Assembly: GCA_026129095.1 (NCBI GenBank)
Contig: JAHCIT010000001.1
Coordinates: 310,245-374,244 of the forward strand
Length of the DNA: 64,000 nt
Source: Deltaproteobacteria bacterium
Lineage (GTDB): Bacteria > JAGRBM01 > JAHCIT01
Reading direction: 5' to 3'
In this document: piece after piece, positions 27,796 to 37,362 of the stretch
Layout: each line of letters begins with the position of its first letter
How positions within the stretch are numbered: the stretch's first letter is position 1
Notes under the pieces: generated by a model
Seen by the model: the letters and a program-made list of their open reading frames with translations, nothing else
Databases searched by the model: none
What the model was told of the DNA's origin: nothing
Made by a program: the position numbers and the translations under genes

Positions 27796-28263
27796 ATGAG
27801 ATTAAGCCGGATTTATTTGGGTATCCCGCTGGTGCTGCTTTCCGTCTCTTGCGGCGGCTCAGGCGGCACGTTTGAGCTGGCCGTCAACCCTGATGTCGTG
27901 GAACTGGCTATCGAGCCTGGCTCAAGGGCTTATGTGAATGTCGAACTGGTCAGCGGGAATTTCAACGGACTGATCCAGGTGGGATTCGTCGATTCATCCC
28001 TGGGACAGCTTCCATCCGGTATCCGGGTGCTTTCTGTTTGTCCGAATTCAGGCCCCGTGGATGGTTGTGACCAGTTTGTCGACTCGATCATCAATACCAA
28101 CGCCGGTGAAACTGCAGCCACTCTGGCACTTGAAGTCACCGGTATCGAACTCGTGGCCGGAGATGAATACGAACTGCAGGTTGCTGGAGCACGGGCGGAA
28201 ATTGGCGGCACCAGAGCGGAAGCGTCATTTACGCTGAAGCTGGTGGAGCCGACCGAGGAATAG
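27796..28263 (+). CDS. Hypothetical lipoprotein (beta-rich, Ig-like)
   Basis: MRLSRIYLGIPLVLLSVSC lipobox, GGAGA RBS and a Cys pair. Confidence 0.7.
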   Translation: MRLSRIYLGIPLVLLSVSCGGSGGTFELAVNPDVVELAIEPGSRAYVNVELVSGNFNGLIQVGFVDSSLGQLPSGIRVLSVCPNSGPVDGCDQFVDSIINTNAGETAATLALEVTGIELVAGDEYELQVAGARAEIGGTRAEASFTLKLVEPTEE

Positions 28264-28267
28264 ACTG

Positions 28268-28876
28268 ATGGCAACCGACAAATCCGGCATACTCATGATT
28301 GGAGGTGTCCTGACCGGGGCCTTGGCAACCGTGGGACTAGTTCTGGTTTTTTTTGGCGACACCGGAGAACCAGCCATTCCGGTGTCTCAACCGCCAGTTT
28401 CATCTGTAAAGTCAGCGCCGCTACGACCGCCCCCTGATAGTGCGGGTACCCCGACAGGAACAGCGCCGGCAGCCAGCCGTCTCCCAGCCTCGGCACCCAG
28501 TGATTACACCCCCGCTACACCTGGTGACGCGACGCCTGGAGCTGCTCCAGCGGCGACCTCACCACGGCCATCGGCTCCGGCAGCCGCTTCCAGTTACCAG
28601 GAATACAACCAGCAACGAAATGCCTATTCCATCGAATTTCAGGAAAAACTCAATGAGCTGTCGCACCGACGGGCTTTCGTTACGGCCGGTTTACCCATCG
28701 ACGGGGCACGCCTCGAAGCGGTCATCCATATGTACGAGGACGCCCTCGCCCGTATGCGCAAAGGTCAGGTCAACAATTTAAGCGAACTAAAGCGCAGCCT
28801 GCACGATGCAGAAAAGGAATATTTCCGGGGTTCACGGGATTCCGAGCTGGTCCGGGAACTTGAAGATTCGCGGTAA
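28268..28876 (+). CDS. Hypothetical membrane-anchored protein with Pro/Ala linker and helical C-domain
   Basis: Single TM, P/A/S/T-rich spacer and helical tail. 4-nt gap after the lipoprotein gene. Confidence 0.65.
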   Translation: MATDKSGILMIGGVLTGALATVGLVLVFFGDTGEPAIPVSQPPVSSVKSAPLRPPPDSAGTPTGTAPAASRLPASAPSDYTPATPGDATPGAAPAATSPRPSAPAAASSYQEYNQQRNAYSIEFQEKLNELSHRRAFVTAGLPIDGARLEAVIHMYEDALARMRKGQVNNLSELKRSLHDAEKEYFRGSRDSELVRELEDSR

Positions 28877-28882
28877 TCCAAT

Positions 28883-28899
28883 TTGACTTTCGTTTTCAA
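28883..28899. promoter_or_regulatory. Fur-box-like operator overlapping the feoAB -35
   Basis: TTGACTTTCGTTTTCAA is an imperfect palindrome matching 12 of 16 positions of TTGAAAATnATTTTCAA. Confidence 0.55.
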
Positions 28900-28917
28900 A
28901 ATGTAAACCATCAGGTC

Positions 28918-29193
28918 ATGGGTGGTGAGCACATGCCCGCATCGGCCGCTGGATACCCGGAAACCCCCGCTGTACCGCTGGATACCCTTAAAAACGGCGA
29001 AAGGGCCTTCGTGGTTTCAGTAACCGGACAGGACCGGGACACGGTCCGCCTCATGGAACTGGGACTTGTGCCGGGCGTTCCGCTAACCATTCTCGGAGGA
29101 TCTGGCCCGATCCGGCGCCTCGCCCTCCACGGCAGCCGGTTCGGTCTCTCTCCCGACACCGCCAGAACAGTCCAGGTACGGCGGATTCCCTGA
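28918..29193 (+). CDS. feoA: Ferrous iron transport protein A
   Basis: RLMELGLVPG motif; directly upstream of feoB. Confidence 0.85.
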   Translation: MGGEHMPASAAGYPETPAVPLDTLKNGERAFVVSVTGQDRDTVRLMELGLVPGVPLTILGGSGPIRRLALHGSRFGLSPDTARTVQVRRIP

Positions 29194-29226
29194 ATTGTTC
29201 CCTTGGGTATGACCTGAATGTGAGTA

Positions 29227-31473
29227 ATGGATTCTTCATCCGCCTGCCATGACACCAGTATGCCATCGCCGGTAACAGGCAGTTCACCGGTCATCGTTAT
29301 TACGGGAAATCCGAACGTCGGGAAGACAACTCTCTTCAACGCGCTGACCGGCGCACGACAGAAAATAGCCAACTACCCAGGCGTTACAGTCGAGCGGAAG
29401 GAAGGGCATCTGATACTCGAAGGCGGACTTCGGGCAAGAATTATCGACATCCCCGGTGCCTACTCTCTCACCGCAAGATCGGACGACGAGCAGGTCGCCC
29501 ATGACGTTATTACCGGCAACCTGCATTCTGCCGGTATCCCTTCGCTCGCGATCTACGTCGCCGATGCGTCAAATCTAGAGCGGACCCTGTTCCTGTACAG
29601 CCAGATTCGTGACCTGGGCATTCCGGTACTGATCGCCCTGAACATGACTGACATCGCTGCCGCCCATGGAATCGTCATTGATGTGCCGAAACTGTCCCAG
29701 AATCTTGGGGTGTCTGTCATCCCGGTCGTCGGACACCGGAAAACCGGCATCAGGGAGCTACGGTCAGCCATAGCCGAGGCGATGATACATCCTGTGCTGC
29801 CCTCAAGCCGCCCCTGGCCGCTCCGGGCTGAAGTCGAACAAGAGGCACATGCCCTTGGCCAGTGGCTGAAGCCCAGACTACAGGGCCGGCCGGTTACCCC
29901 GGAGGCAGAAGCATTATGGCTCATGTCAGCGGTTGAGGACCCGCGTGCGAAGATCCGGCTGGATCCGGAAACCCGTGCCGAGGTGAAACGGCACCTCGAG
30001 CTGCTTTCAGCGAAGGGGATTGATGTCCGCACCGAAACCATCCAGGGCCGCTACGCCTGGCTTAACCAGCTCTCACAGGAGGTCCAGACAAGAACCGAAT
30101 CTGCAGGACCAATAATTCACGACCGGCTTGACATGGTGATTACACACCGCGTGGCCGGTCCACTCATCTTCCTTGTCGTGATGGCCGTAATGTTTCAGGC
30201 GGTATTTGCCTGGGCAGATCCGCTGATCGGACTGGTGGAAAATGCCGTCAGCTGGCTCTCCGAGCTGGCTTCCAGCCATCTCCCGGAAGGGCTTGTGACC
30301 GACATGCTGGTCGAAGGCGTTCTTGGTGGCGTCGGTAATGTGGTCGTATTCCTGCCACAGATCCTCATCTTGTTCTTTTTTATCAGTTTGCTGGAGGACG
30401 TGGGATACATGTCCCGTGCCGCGCTGGTGTCCCACCGCCTCATGTCCCGCATGGGCTTGCCCGGCAAGGCCTTCATCCCTCTCATGTCTTCATTTGCCTG
30501 TGCAATTCCGGGAATCATGTCGGCACGGACCATAGAGGACAGGCGCGACCGGCTCGTTACGATCTGCATTGCCCCGCTCATCAGCTGCAGCGCACGGCTT
30601 CCGGTTTATGCGCTGGTGATAGCCGCCATCTTTGAGGCCGACAGGCCGGTCTTCCTCTTTTTCACCGAAGGCGGCCTCGTCATGCTTTCCATGTACCTGC
30701 TTTCCATTGTCATGGCGGTAACGGCGGCGGCCATCATCAAGCGGACTGTACTCCCGGCCCCCCCTGCTGGATTCATAATGGAACTGCCTCCTTACCGCAT
30801 TCCCCGCTGGGGGGACACGCTGATCAATATGATCCAACGCTCAAAGGTGTTTCTGACCGAGGCCGGCACGATCATTCTGGGTGCAACCCTCATTCTCTGG
30901 CTCCTGCTCTCTTTCCCTCGAACCGGTCCTGAAATTGATGCGGCTGTGGCCGCACGGGATAGCCTGAAGGCCCAGGCCGGCGCTGATGCCAGACCGGGGC
31001 TGGACGATGAGATCGCCCTTGCCGAGCAGCATGTTGCCCGGGAACGGCTTCATCACAGCTATGCGGGCAGTCTGGGCCGCATTCTTGAGCCAGCCATTGA
31101 GCCACTCGGGTTCGACTGGAAAATCGGCATTGGCCTGGTGGGTTCGTTTGCCGCCCGTGAAGTGCTCGTCTCGACACTCGGCATCGTCTACGGGGCCGGC
31201 AGCGTGGATCCAGAAGACACACAACCGCTGCGCGACCGGATCCGGACCGAACGCGATCCGGCCACCGGAAAACCCGTATTCACACCGCTGGTAGGGATGT
31301 CTCTTATGGTCTTCTTCGTCCTTGCCTGCCAGTGCATGTCCACTCTGGCTATCATCAAGCGGGAGACAAACTCCTGGCGGTGGCCTGCCTTTGTATTCAC
31401 CTATATGACTGTACTGGCCTGGACCGGATCGTTTGTCGTCTATCAGGGCGGCAGGCTGCTGGGATTCGAGTAG
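29227..31473 (+). CDS. feoB: Ferrous iron transport protein B
   Basis: G1 GNPNVGKTT, ANYPGVTVE, DIPG, NMTD, gate motifs FACAIP and SCSARLPVY, and ELPPY. Confidence 0.96.
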   Translation: MDSSSACHDTSMPSPVTGSSPVIVITGNPNVGKTTLFNALTGARQKIANYPGVTVERKEGHLILEGGLRARIIDIPGAYSLTARSDDEQVAHDVITGNLHSAGIPSLAIYVADASNLERTLFLYSQIRDLGIPVLIALNMTDIAAAHGIVIDVPKLSQNLGVSVIPVVGHRKTGIRELRSAIAEAMIHPVLPSSRPWPLRAEVEQEAHALGQWLKPRLQGRPVTPEAEALWLMSAVEDPRAKIRLDPETRAEVKRHLELLSAKGIDVRTETIQGRYAWLNQLSQEVQTRTESAGPIIHDRLDMVITHRVAGPLIFLVVMAVMFQAVFAWADPLIGLVENAVSWLSELASSHLPEGLVTDMLVEGVLGGVGNVVVFLPQILILFFFISLLEDVGYMSRAALVSHRLMSRMGLPGKAFIPLMSSFACAIPGIMSARTIEDRRDRLVTICIAPLISCSARLPVYALVIAAIFEADRPVFLFFTEGGLVMLSMYLLSIVMAVTAAAIIKRTVLPAPPAGFIMELPPYRIPRWGDTLINMIQRSKVFLTEAGTIILGATLILWLLLSFPRTGPEIDAAVAARDSLKAQAGADARPGLDDEIALAEQHVARERLHHSYAGSLGRILEPAIEPLGFDWKIGIGLVGSFAAREVLVSTLGIVYGAGSVDPEDTQPLRDRIRTERDPATGKPVFTPLVGMSLMVFFVLACQCMSTLAIIKRETNSWRWPAFVFTYMTVLAWTGSFVVYQGGRLLGFE

Positions 31474-33513
31474 CTATCTGCCGTCTGGCGGAACGGGCTG
31501 GCTGAACCGCCGGATCAGGTCGGCAGCGGCGGTTTTTCGTCTTTCATCGGCAATCTGGCGCATTTCGGCCCGGCGGTCGGCAACGAGAGCAGCAGGTATG
31601 TCGGCAAGAAACCGGCTGGCAACCGTTGGAAACACCTTGCCGTAACGTTCCCGTTCACAGGCCCGCGTGAGGACCAGCCGGTCCTTGGCGCGGGTAATGG
31701 CGACATAGAACAGGCGTCTTTCTTCGGCTGTATCGACATTCTGATGGTCAGACCTTACTCCGTCCCCTGCCTGTGTCGACTTGATGTGCGGTAGCAGCCC
31801 TTCCTCCACTCCGGCCAGAAAAACCACCGAGAACTCCAGTCCCTTGGCCGAATGAATCGACAGCAGCGTGACGCATCCCATCCGTCCGTCATCGGTGTCC
31901 TTTTTCTCGAGAGCGGTCTCCTCCAGAAGCCGGACAACCGCGTCCCGTGGATCTTCTCCCTCCGGAAGTGACTTAATCAGTTCATCGAGGACGTTATGCC
32001 GCACCTGCCGCTGGGCAGGATCCTTGTACTCACGGTCAATCTCCGACCGAAGACCCGATTCCATGAGCATTCTTTCCAGGACCGGAGCCACACGTTCCTT
32101 TCGATCAAACGCACTCCGCGCTCCGTCCAGTATCCCGAAAAACGACTGCAGTCCTGCCGACTGACCCGGAGTGAAGTTTCCAGATGCCAGCAGCCGCCGG
32201 GCAGCATCCTGATAGCATTCGCCTGTCCGGCCGGATTCTTCACGAATCAGGTCAAGCGCCTGCTTTCCCACCCCGCGTGCCGGATAGTTGACTACCCGCA
32301 GGAACGAGAGATTGTCCTTGGGACGGAGCGCACATTTCAGGTACCCAAGGGCATCCTTTACTTCCCGCCGCTCAAAGAAACTCTCGCCTCCGAGCACGCG
32401 ATACGGGATCCTGGACAGGCGCAACGACTGCTCCAAAGGACGGGACTGCTGGTTCGTCCGGTAGAGAACGGCGACTTCATGCGGCGGAGTTCCACGTGCG
32501 ATCGCCTGCTGTATTTCACTGGCAATCTGGTCTGCTTCAGCCTCCGCAGACGGGAACTCCAGAATTTCCACCGGGACGCCCGCCTCCCGAACGGTCCGCA
32601 GCTGTTTTTCATGCCGGTCCGGCAGGCGGCTGATAACTGCATTGGCGGCATCCAGTATATTTCGTGTAGACCGGTAATTCGATTCCAGCCGTACAATCTT
32701 TGCCCCAGGGAATTGCCGCTGGAATGACAGGATGTGCCCCACTTCCGCTCCGCGCCACCCATAGATCGACTGATCGTCGTCACCAACCACGCAGCAATTG
32801 CCGGTACGCTCAACCAGCCCCTTGAGCAGCCGGAACTGGCCTGAATTGGTATCCTGGTATTCGTCTACCAGAACGTAATCATACTTCTCGCGGATCCGGA
32901 GGCCGGCGTCTTCGTCGGACAGAAGCTGGACCGGAAGGAGCAGCAGGTCTTCAAAGTCGACCATCTCCTGGCCCCGAAGCGCATCGTCATAGTATTCCCA
33001 CAACTCCAGCGCCGCCCGGTCGTAATCACCGATCACTTTCTTGACATGCGCCGGTTTGCCATAAAGTCCCTTCCAGCGGCTGATCCGGCTCACCAGCTCA
33101 TATACATCCCATTTCCGGTGATCGAGCCCCTGTGAACGAACGAGCGCCCGGAGGATATCACACTGGTCACCCACATCGGCGATCCCGAAATCACGCTTGA
33201 GGCCCAGCGGTTTGCCATGATCACGCAGCAACCGCGCTCCCAATGCGTGAAATGTTGATAGCACCACCTGCCGGGCCCGACCCTCACCGGTCATCCGGGC
33301 GAGCCGCTCGCGCATTTCCCGGGCAGCCTTGTTGGTAAAGGTAACGCCAAGGATTTTCCGGGGGTCGACTCCGCGATCCAGAAGATGCGCTATCCGGTAT
33401 GTAATAACGCGGGTCTTGCCGGAACCAGCCCCTGCCAGGACCAGCAGCGGACCTTCCGTTGTTTCGGCAGCGAGGCGCTGCTCAGGGTTCAGGCTGGACA
33501 GATCAACCGGCAT
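31474..33513 (-). CDS. SF1A DNA helicase (UvrD/Rep/PcrA family)
   Basis: LAGAGSGKT, VDEYQD, VGDDDQSIY, NYRS, HSAKGLEF and EERRLFYVAITRA. Lacks the C-terminal Tudor-like domain, so Rep-like. Confidence 0.93.
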   Translation of the reverse strand: MPVDLSSLNPEQRLAAETTEGPLLVLAGAGSGKTRVITYRIAHLLDRGVDPRKILGVTFTNKAAREMRERLARMTGEGRARQVVLSTFHALGARLLRDHGKPLGLKRDFGIADVGDQCDILRALVRSQGLDHRKWDVYELVSRISRWKGLYGKPAHVKKVIGDYDRAALELWEYYDDALRGQEMVDFEDLLLLPVQLLSDEDAGLRIREKYDYVLVDEYQDTNSGQFRLLKGLVERTGNCCVVGDDDQSIYGWRGAEVGHILSFQRQFPGAKIVRLESNYRSTRNILDAANAVISRLPDRHEKQLRTVREAGVPVEILEFPSAEAEADQIASEIQQAIARGTPPHEVAVLYRTNQQSRPLEQSLRLSRIPYRVLGGESFFERREVKDALGYLKCALRPKDNLSFLRVVNYPARGVGKQALDLIREESGRTGECYQDAARRLLASGNFTPGQSAGLQSFFGILDGARSAFDRKERVAPVLERMLMESGLRSEIDREYKDPAQRQVRHNVLDELIKSLPEGEDPRDAVVRLLEETALEKKDTDDGRMGCVTLLSIHSAKGLEFSVVFLAGVEEGLLPHIKSTQAGDGVRSDHQNVDTAEERRLFYVAITRAKDRLVLTRACERERYGKVFPTVASRFLADIPAALVADRRAEMRQIADERRKTAAADLIRRFSQPVPPDGR

Positions 33514-33527
33514 GCGGGAAAGAACTA

Positions 33528-34019
33528 TTACATCCGCTCGGTTGCAATAGTGAAGTCGATCCCTTTCGCAGGCGGCTCGACCATGCCGCCCGGATAGTAG
33601 CCTTCCAGATCGCCAGGCGCGCCCAAGGCATCGCCGCTCCGGGATATTCGTGCGAACACTTTCATTGAACCGCTAAATGCAGTGCCTGGCTGGCGTATCA
33701 TCATGTCGTCAGCCGAAAGCTGATAACTGTAGGGAAACTGGAATTCGCCCGGCCCCAGCCGGCGTACCGCGGCCGGTGGTCCGCTATCGCCAGCGCGGGC
33801 GAATATATACAGGGTGTCCGTCGGCCTGAGCGTCGGTTTAAGGACTTCCGCCACATCAATGGTGCCGGTTACGGGACCGCCAGCGGAAGATTGTCCGCTG
33901 CCCGAAGTTTCGAGTGTCCCGGTACGCCGGATCTCGGCGCGGTCCTGGCAGCCCGGAATCAGTACAACCGCCACAAGGCACAGAGAGGAAAGAAAAACAG
34001 GCAGGACTGAACGCGGCAT
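33528..34019 (-). CDS. Lipoprotein resembling the C-terminal Ig-like domain of CycH/CcmI
   Basis: Lipobox IPGC, TLYIFARA..GPPAAVRR..FP..YQLS..DMM and VFARISRSGDA..PGDLEG. Confidence 0.65.
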   Translation of the reverse strand: MPRSVLPVFLSSLCLVAVVLIPGCQDRAEIRRTGTLETSGSGQSSAGGPVTGTIDVAEVLKPTLRPTDTLYIFARAGDSGPPAAVRRLGPGEFQFPYSYQLSADDMMIRQPGTAFSGSMKVFARISRSGDALGAPGDLEGYYPGGMVEPPAKGIDFTIATERM

Positions 34020-34030
34020 CTTGAATACTC

Positions 34031-35086
34031 CTACAGCTCCCAGAGGGTGCGGCTGAATTTGCCCGTACCGGAATCCCAGCGGAATTCGGCCCACGGCGCG
34101 GTGGGTTCACTCGGATGGGGCCCGACAATAACAGTAACCGGACCGCCGGGCCGCCGCCGTTCCGGAAGTTTTCCAATCCAGTCGCAGAACTGCTCGAAAC
34201 CCTGCGGATACCGAACGGACCTGTCGTACACGGAAACCAGAAACAGGTCAGCCTTTATCTGGCCGAAATCGGCAATTGCGCTGCGTACCAGCGGAAACCG
34301 GTCAAAGTCGGCCACAACCGCAGCAACCCGGTCCGGCACACCGGGTTCAGGCACCGGGGCAAGCCAGCCCTGGGCAAAGCCAAACTTGCGGGGTTCGACG
34401 GCCGGATAAAATTTCCTGCCAACCTTTTCCCACAATCCGAACTCCTTCATGTGCGGGAGTGCGAGATTGCCGACCATGACCCGTTTCCAGTTCTCATCGT
34501 TCCTGTAAAGCGCCTTCCAGTTTTCGTACTCACGGCGAAACGCACCCATAACGGCGAAAAACTCGCGCGATACTTCTTCGGGCATCGGTACGGGAAGCGT
34601 ACTGCCCAGAAGCCGCAGGATCAGCCCCAACGGCATTACCTGCTTCCATCCGTCTTCGGCTCCGGCCTCAATCCGCCGGATGAAGTCGAGCGGTACCGGC
34701 TCGCCGCGGGCATCCGTAAGCTGTCCGGCGTCGAAGATGACGTATTCCAGCACGTCCTTGTAGGCTGCCAATGCAGGCGATGAACGAAGTGCTTCCGCCA
34801 GCGTATCCTCAATCCTTACCGACTCACCGGCCGTCAGGGGATCCTGTCCGTAAACCATTGGTAACGATTTGAAGAAATCGAGCGGCCGGTCAACCGGACT
34901 GATTTTCCGTTCGCCCAGTTCCACCGGCCTCGACAGCACGAAAATGGCATCGGACAACGCCTTGCCGGCGGCGTACAGCCGCCCATCGTCCAGGAATACC
35001 CGGAACAGCGGGACTTTCTGGTCTCCGTCAAAGCGCATGAATGGGATGGTTTCGATCATCGTGGCTTTGTTCGCCGGCAGACTCAA
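34031..35086 (-). CDS. Hypothetical protein
   Basis: 351-aa ORF with globular composition and its own promoter-like element; no recognised motif. Alternative start ATG near 35059. Confidence 0.65.
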   Translation of the reverse strand: MSLPANKATMIETIPFMRFDGDQKVPLFRVFLDDGRLYAAGKALSDAIFVLSRPVELGERKISPVDRPLDFFKSLPMVYGQDPLTAGESVRIEDTLAEALRSSPALAAYKDVLEYVIFDAGQLTDARGEPVPLDFIRRIEAGAEDGWKQVMPLGLILRLLGSTLPVPMPEEVSREFFAVMGAFRREYENWKALYRNDENWKRVMVGNLALPHMKEFGLWEKVGRKFYPAVEPRKFGFAQGWLAPVPEPGVPDRVAAVVADFDRFPLVRSAIADFGQIKADLFLVSVYDRSVRYPQGFEQFCDWIGKLPERRRPGGPVTVIVGPHPSEPTAPWAEFRWDSGTGKFSRTLWEL

Positions 35087-35104
35087 TTGCCGGCGGCGGG
35101 CGTC

Positions 35105-35133
35105 ACTATGAGGAGAAAATGCCGCAGTGGCAA
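35105..35133 (-). promoter_or_regulatory. Putative sigma70 promoter of the hypothetical-CycH-like-helicase unit
   Basis: Minus strand TTGCCA-17-CATAGT. Confidence 0.45.
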
Positions 35134-35268
35134 ATTGGCTGTGCAGGCAGCGGCGTTTATCTATCTAACTCATTGAAAAGACAACAGGTTTCACTGAACA
35201 CCACCGATTTTTATTCGGTGCATCATTGCCGTTGGTATCCGTCAAACTGCGTGCTAGGTAGGGAGGCC

Positions 35269-35429
35269 TTCCGGCACGGGGATGGGACGTTCACAGACGC
35301 CTGTCACCCAGGAACAGGGCCGCCGGATCGCATACAAAGCATGAGTTCGCTGTTCCTAAGTAGGACCGGAACTGGAGGCTCCAGAGTGCCCCGGTACCGG
35401 AAACCAAAAGACGGATACAGCAGCGAACT
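35269..35429 (+). ncRNA. Candidate structured 5' leader of etfBA (no known family recognised)
   Basis: Nested helices 35269-81/35389-402, 35283-310 and 35310-17/35350-57, plus an alternative helix 35344-54/35419-29. Confidence 0.3.
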
Positions 35430-35478
35430 TCCGGCCCCGGCACATGGTCAGTAACCAAACCACCAGGGAGGAGAAGCG

Positions 35479-36261
35479 ATGAAGATCGTCGTTCTCGTCA
35501 AGCAGACGCCTGACACAGAAACCAAGCCCAAGATTACCGCCGACAAGAAGCGGCTCGAGGAAGGCGAAATCAAGTTTGTCATGAACCCTTATGACGAATT
35601 CGCCGTCGAGGAAGCACTCAAGACCAAGGAAAAGATCGGCGGAGATTCGACCGTTACGGTTATCAGTCTTGGTCCGGACCGGGTGGTTGAAACCATCCGT
35701 ACGGCCCTTGCCATGGGTGCCGACACCGGCATTCACATCTCTGATCCGGCCCTGGACAGTGCTGACAGTTACGCTACTGCCGTGGCATTGGCCGCAGCAG
35801 CAAAAAAGGCCGGGTTCGATGTGATCTTCTGCGGCAAGCAGGCGATAGACGGTGATTTCGCGCAGGTGAACTCCCGTGTCGCAGAAACCCTGGATATTCC
35901 GCAAATCAACCTCACGACCAAGCTCGACCTTTCTGCCACTGGCGGCAAGGCCGAACGGCGTATTGAAGGCGGAGAGGAACTGATCGAGTTCCCGCTTCCG
36001 GCCCTGATTTCCTGCGAAAAGGGACTCAATGAACCCCGTTACGCATCCCTTCCCGGCATCATGAAAGCCAAGAAAAAGCCGCTAGACAAGCATGATCTGG
36101 CGGCTCTGGGCCTTTCGGCTGACGCGGTCAAGCCGCGGCTCCAGATCCAGGAAATCCGGATCCCCGAGCAGAAGCGCCGCGGTGTCAAGCTGACGGGCGA
36201 GGTGACCGAAACGGTTCCCAAGCTCGTGAAACTGCTCCGCGAAGAAGCCAAGGTCATCTGA
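35479..36261 (+). CDS. etfB: Electron transfer flavoprotein beta subunit
   Basis: MKIVVLVKQTPD, MNPYDEFAVEEA, ALAMGAD, GKQAIDGD and NEPRYASL. Confidence 0.96.
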   Translation: MKIVVLVKQTPDTETKPKITADKKRLEEGEIKFVMNPYDEFAVEEALKTKEKIGGDSTVTVISLGPDRVVETIRTALAMGADTGIHISDPALDSADSYATAVALAAAAKKAGFDVIFCGKQAIDGDFAQVNSRVAETLDIPQINLTTKLDLSATGGKAERRIEGGEELIEFPLPALISCEKGLNEPRYASLPGIMKAKKKPLDKHDLAALGLSADAVKPRLQIQEIRIPEQKRRGVKLTGEVTETVPKLVKLLREEAKVI

Positions 36262-36307
36262 GCCGGGTCGAATGATCCCCCTCAACTAAACGGGAAGGAA
36301 ATACATC

Positions 36308-37300
36308 ATGGCAGAAAAAGACGTTCTGATTGTCGCCGAGCAGCGCGGTGGCACCATCCGGAAGATTAGTTACGAACTGGCCGGCATCGGTGGCCAGCTT
36401 GCCCAAAAAACCGGTGGCGAGCTTGTGGCCGTCCTCATCGGCGAGGGCGTACAGGGTGCGGCCGCCAGCCTTGGGAAATACGGCGTGAAGAAGGTGCTCG
36501 TCGCTGACGGCCCGGCCTTCAAGCTTTACTCGACCGAAGGCTACGTGACCGCGGCCGCCAAGGCCGTCGAAAAGGTGCAGCCAGGCATTGTGCTGACCGG
36601 CGCTTCGGCGCTGGGACGCGATCTTTCGGCCCGGCTCGCCCAGCGGCTCAAGACTGGCCTTGTGACAGACAGCGTAGGTCTCGATATTGTCGACGGGAAA
36701 CTGCAAGGCATCCGTCCGGCACTCTCGGGCAAGATCCAGCATGTGGTTACGATTCCTGAATCCAGACCACAGATCGCTTCCATACGGCCGAACGTGTTCA
36801 ATGTGCCTGAGGCAAATGGACCTGACGCATCAGTCGAGACGCTCGATCATGGCGTGGACGCAGGCAAGATCCGCGCCAAGGTGACCGAAGTGCGTGCCTC
36901 GGCCGGAGCCAAGGCAGACCTCACCGAGGCCGAACGAATCGTGTCCGGCGGACGCGCGCTCAAGGCAGCCGAAAACTTCAAGATCATGAACGATCTGGCT
37001 GACGTGATCGGCGCGACAGTTGGTGCTTCCCGTGCGGCGGTGGATTCGGGCTACGCCCCTCACGCCATGCAGATCGGCCAGACGGGCAAGGTTGTTAATC
37101 CGACCCTGTATCTGGGCTTTGGCATTTCGGGCGCCATCCAGCACCTTGCCGGCATGCGGACCTCGAAGGTTATCGTGGCGGTGAACAAGGATCCTGATGC
37201 ACCGATCTGGCAGATCGCTGACTACGGCATCGTTGATGACCTGTTCAAGGTCACCCCGGCGCTAATCGAGGAGTTCAAGAAGTTGCTCGCACAGGGCTGA
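36308..37300 (+). CDS. etfA: Electron transfer flavoprotein alpha subunit
   Basis: [33 protein letters not shown] and [10 protein letters not shown]. Confidence 0.96.
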   Translation: MAEKDVLIVAEQRGGTIRKISYELAGIGGQLAQKTGGELVAVLIGEGVQGAAASLGKYGVKKVLVADGPAFKLYSTEGYVTAAAKAVEKVQPGIVLTGASALGRDLSARLAQRLKTGLVTDSVGLDIVDGKLQGIRPALSGKIQHVVTIPESRPQIASIRPNVFNVPEANGPDASVETLDHGVDAGKIRAKVTEVRASAGAKADLTEAERIVSGGRALKAAENFKIMNDLADVIGATVGASRAAVDSGYAPHAMQIGQTGKVVNPTLYLGFGISGAIQHLAGMRTSKVIVAVNKDPDAPIWQIADYGIVDDLFKVTPALIEEFKKLLAQG

Positions 37301-37321
37301 TTCAGTCCCCGGTTTCATCCG

Positions 37322-37362
37322 GAACGCCGGTCCTGCTGCAAGCGGGCCGGCGTTCTGTTTTT
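37322..37362 (+). terminator. Rho-independent terminator of etfBA
   Basis: GAACGCCGGTCC...GGGCCGGCGTTC stem followed by TGTTTTT. Confidence 0.75.

Noticed and set aside
31474-35086. Helicase plus unknown protein as an anti-phage system (Gabija-like)
   Set aside because: The helicase is a full-length housekeeping UvrD/Rep type, and the neighbour shows no nuclease or ATPase motifs.
35235-35418. 6S RNA or a known riboswitch (FMN, cobalamin, TPP, SAM, c-di-GMP) in the etfB leader
   Set aside because: The size fits 6S, but the interior is multibranched, the zapA/ygfA context is missing and I saw no conserved aptamer motifs. Kept only as an unknown structured candidate.
35479-37300. Electron-bifurcating ETF
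   Set aside because: The motif reads GDFAQVNS rather than the GDTAQVGP I associate with bifurcating ETFs, and no partner dehydrogenase or fixCX is adjacent. It cannot be supported.
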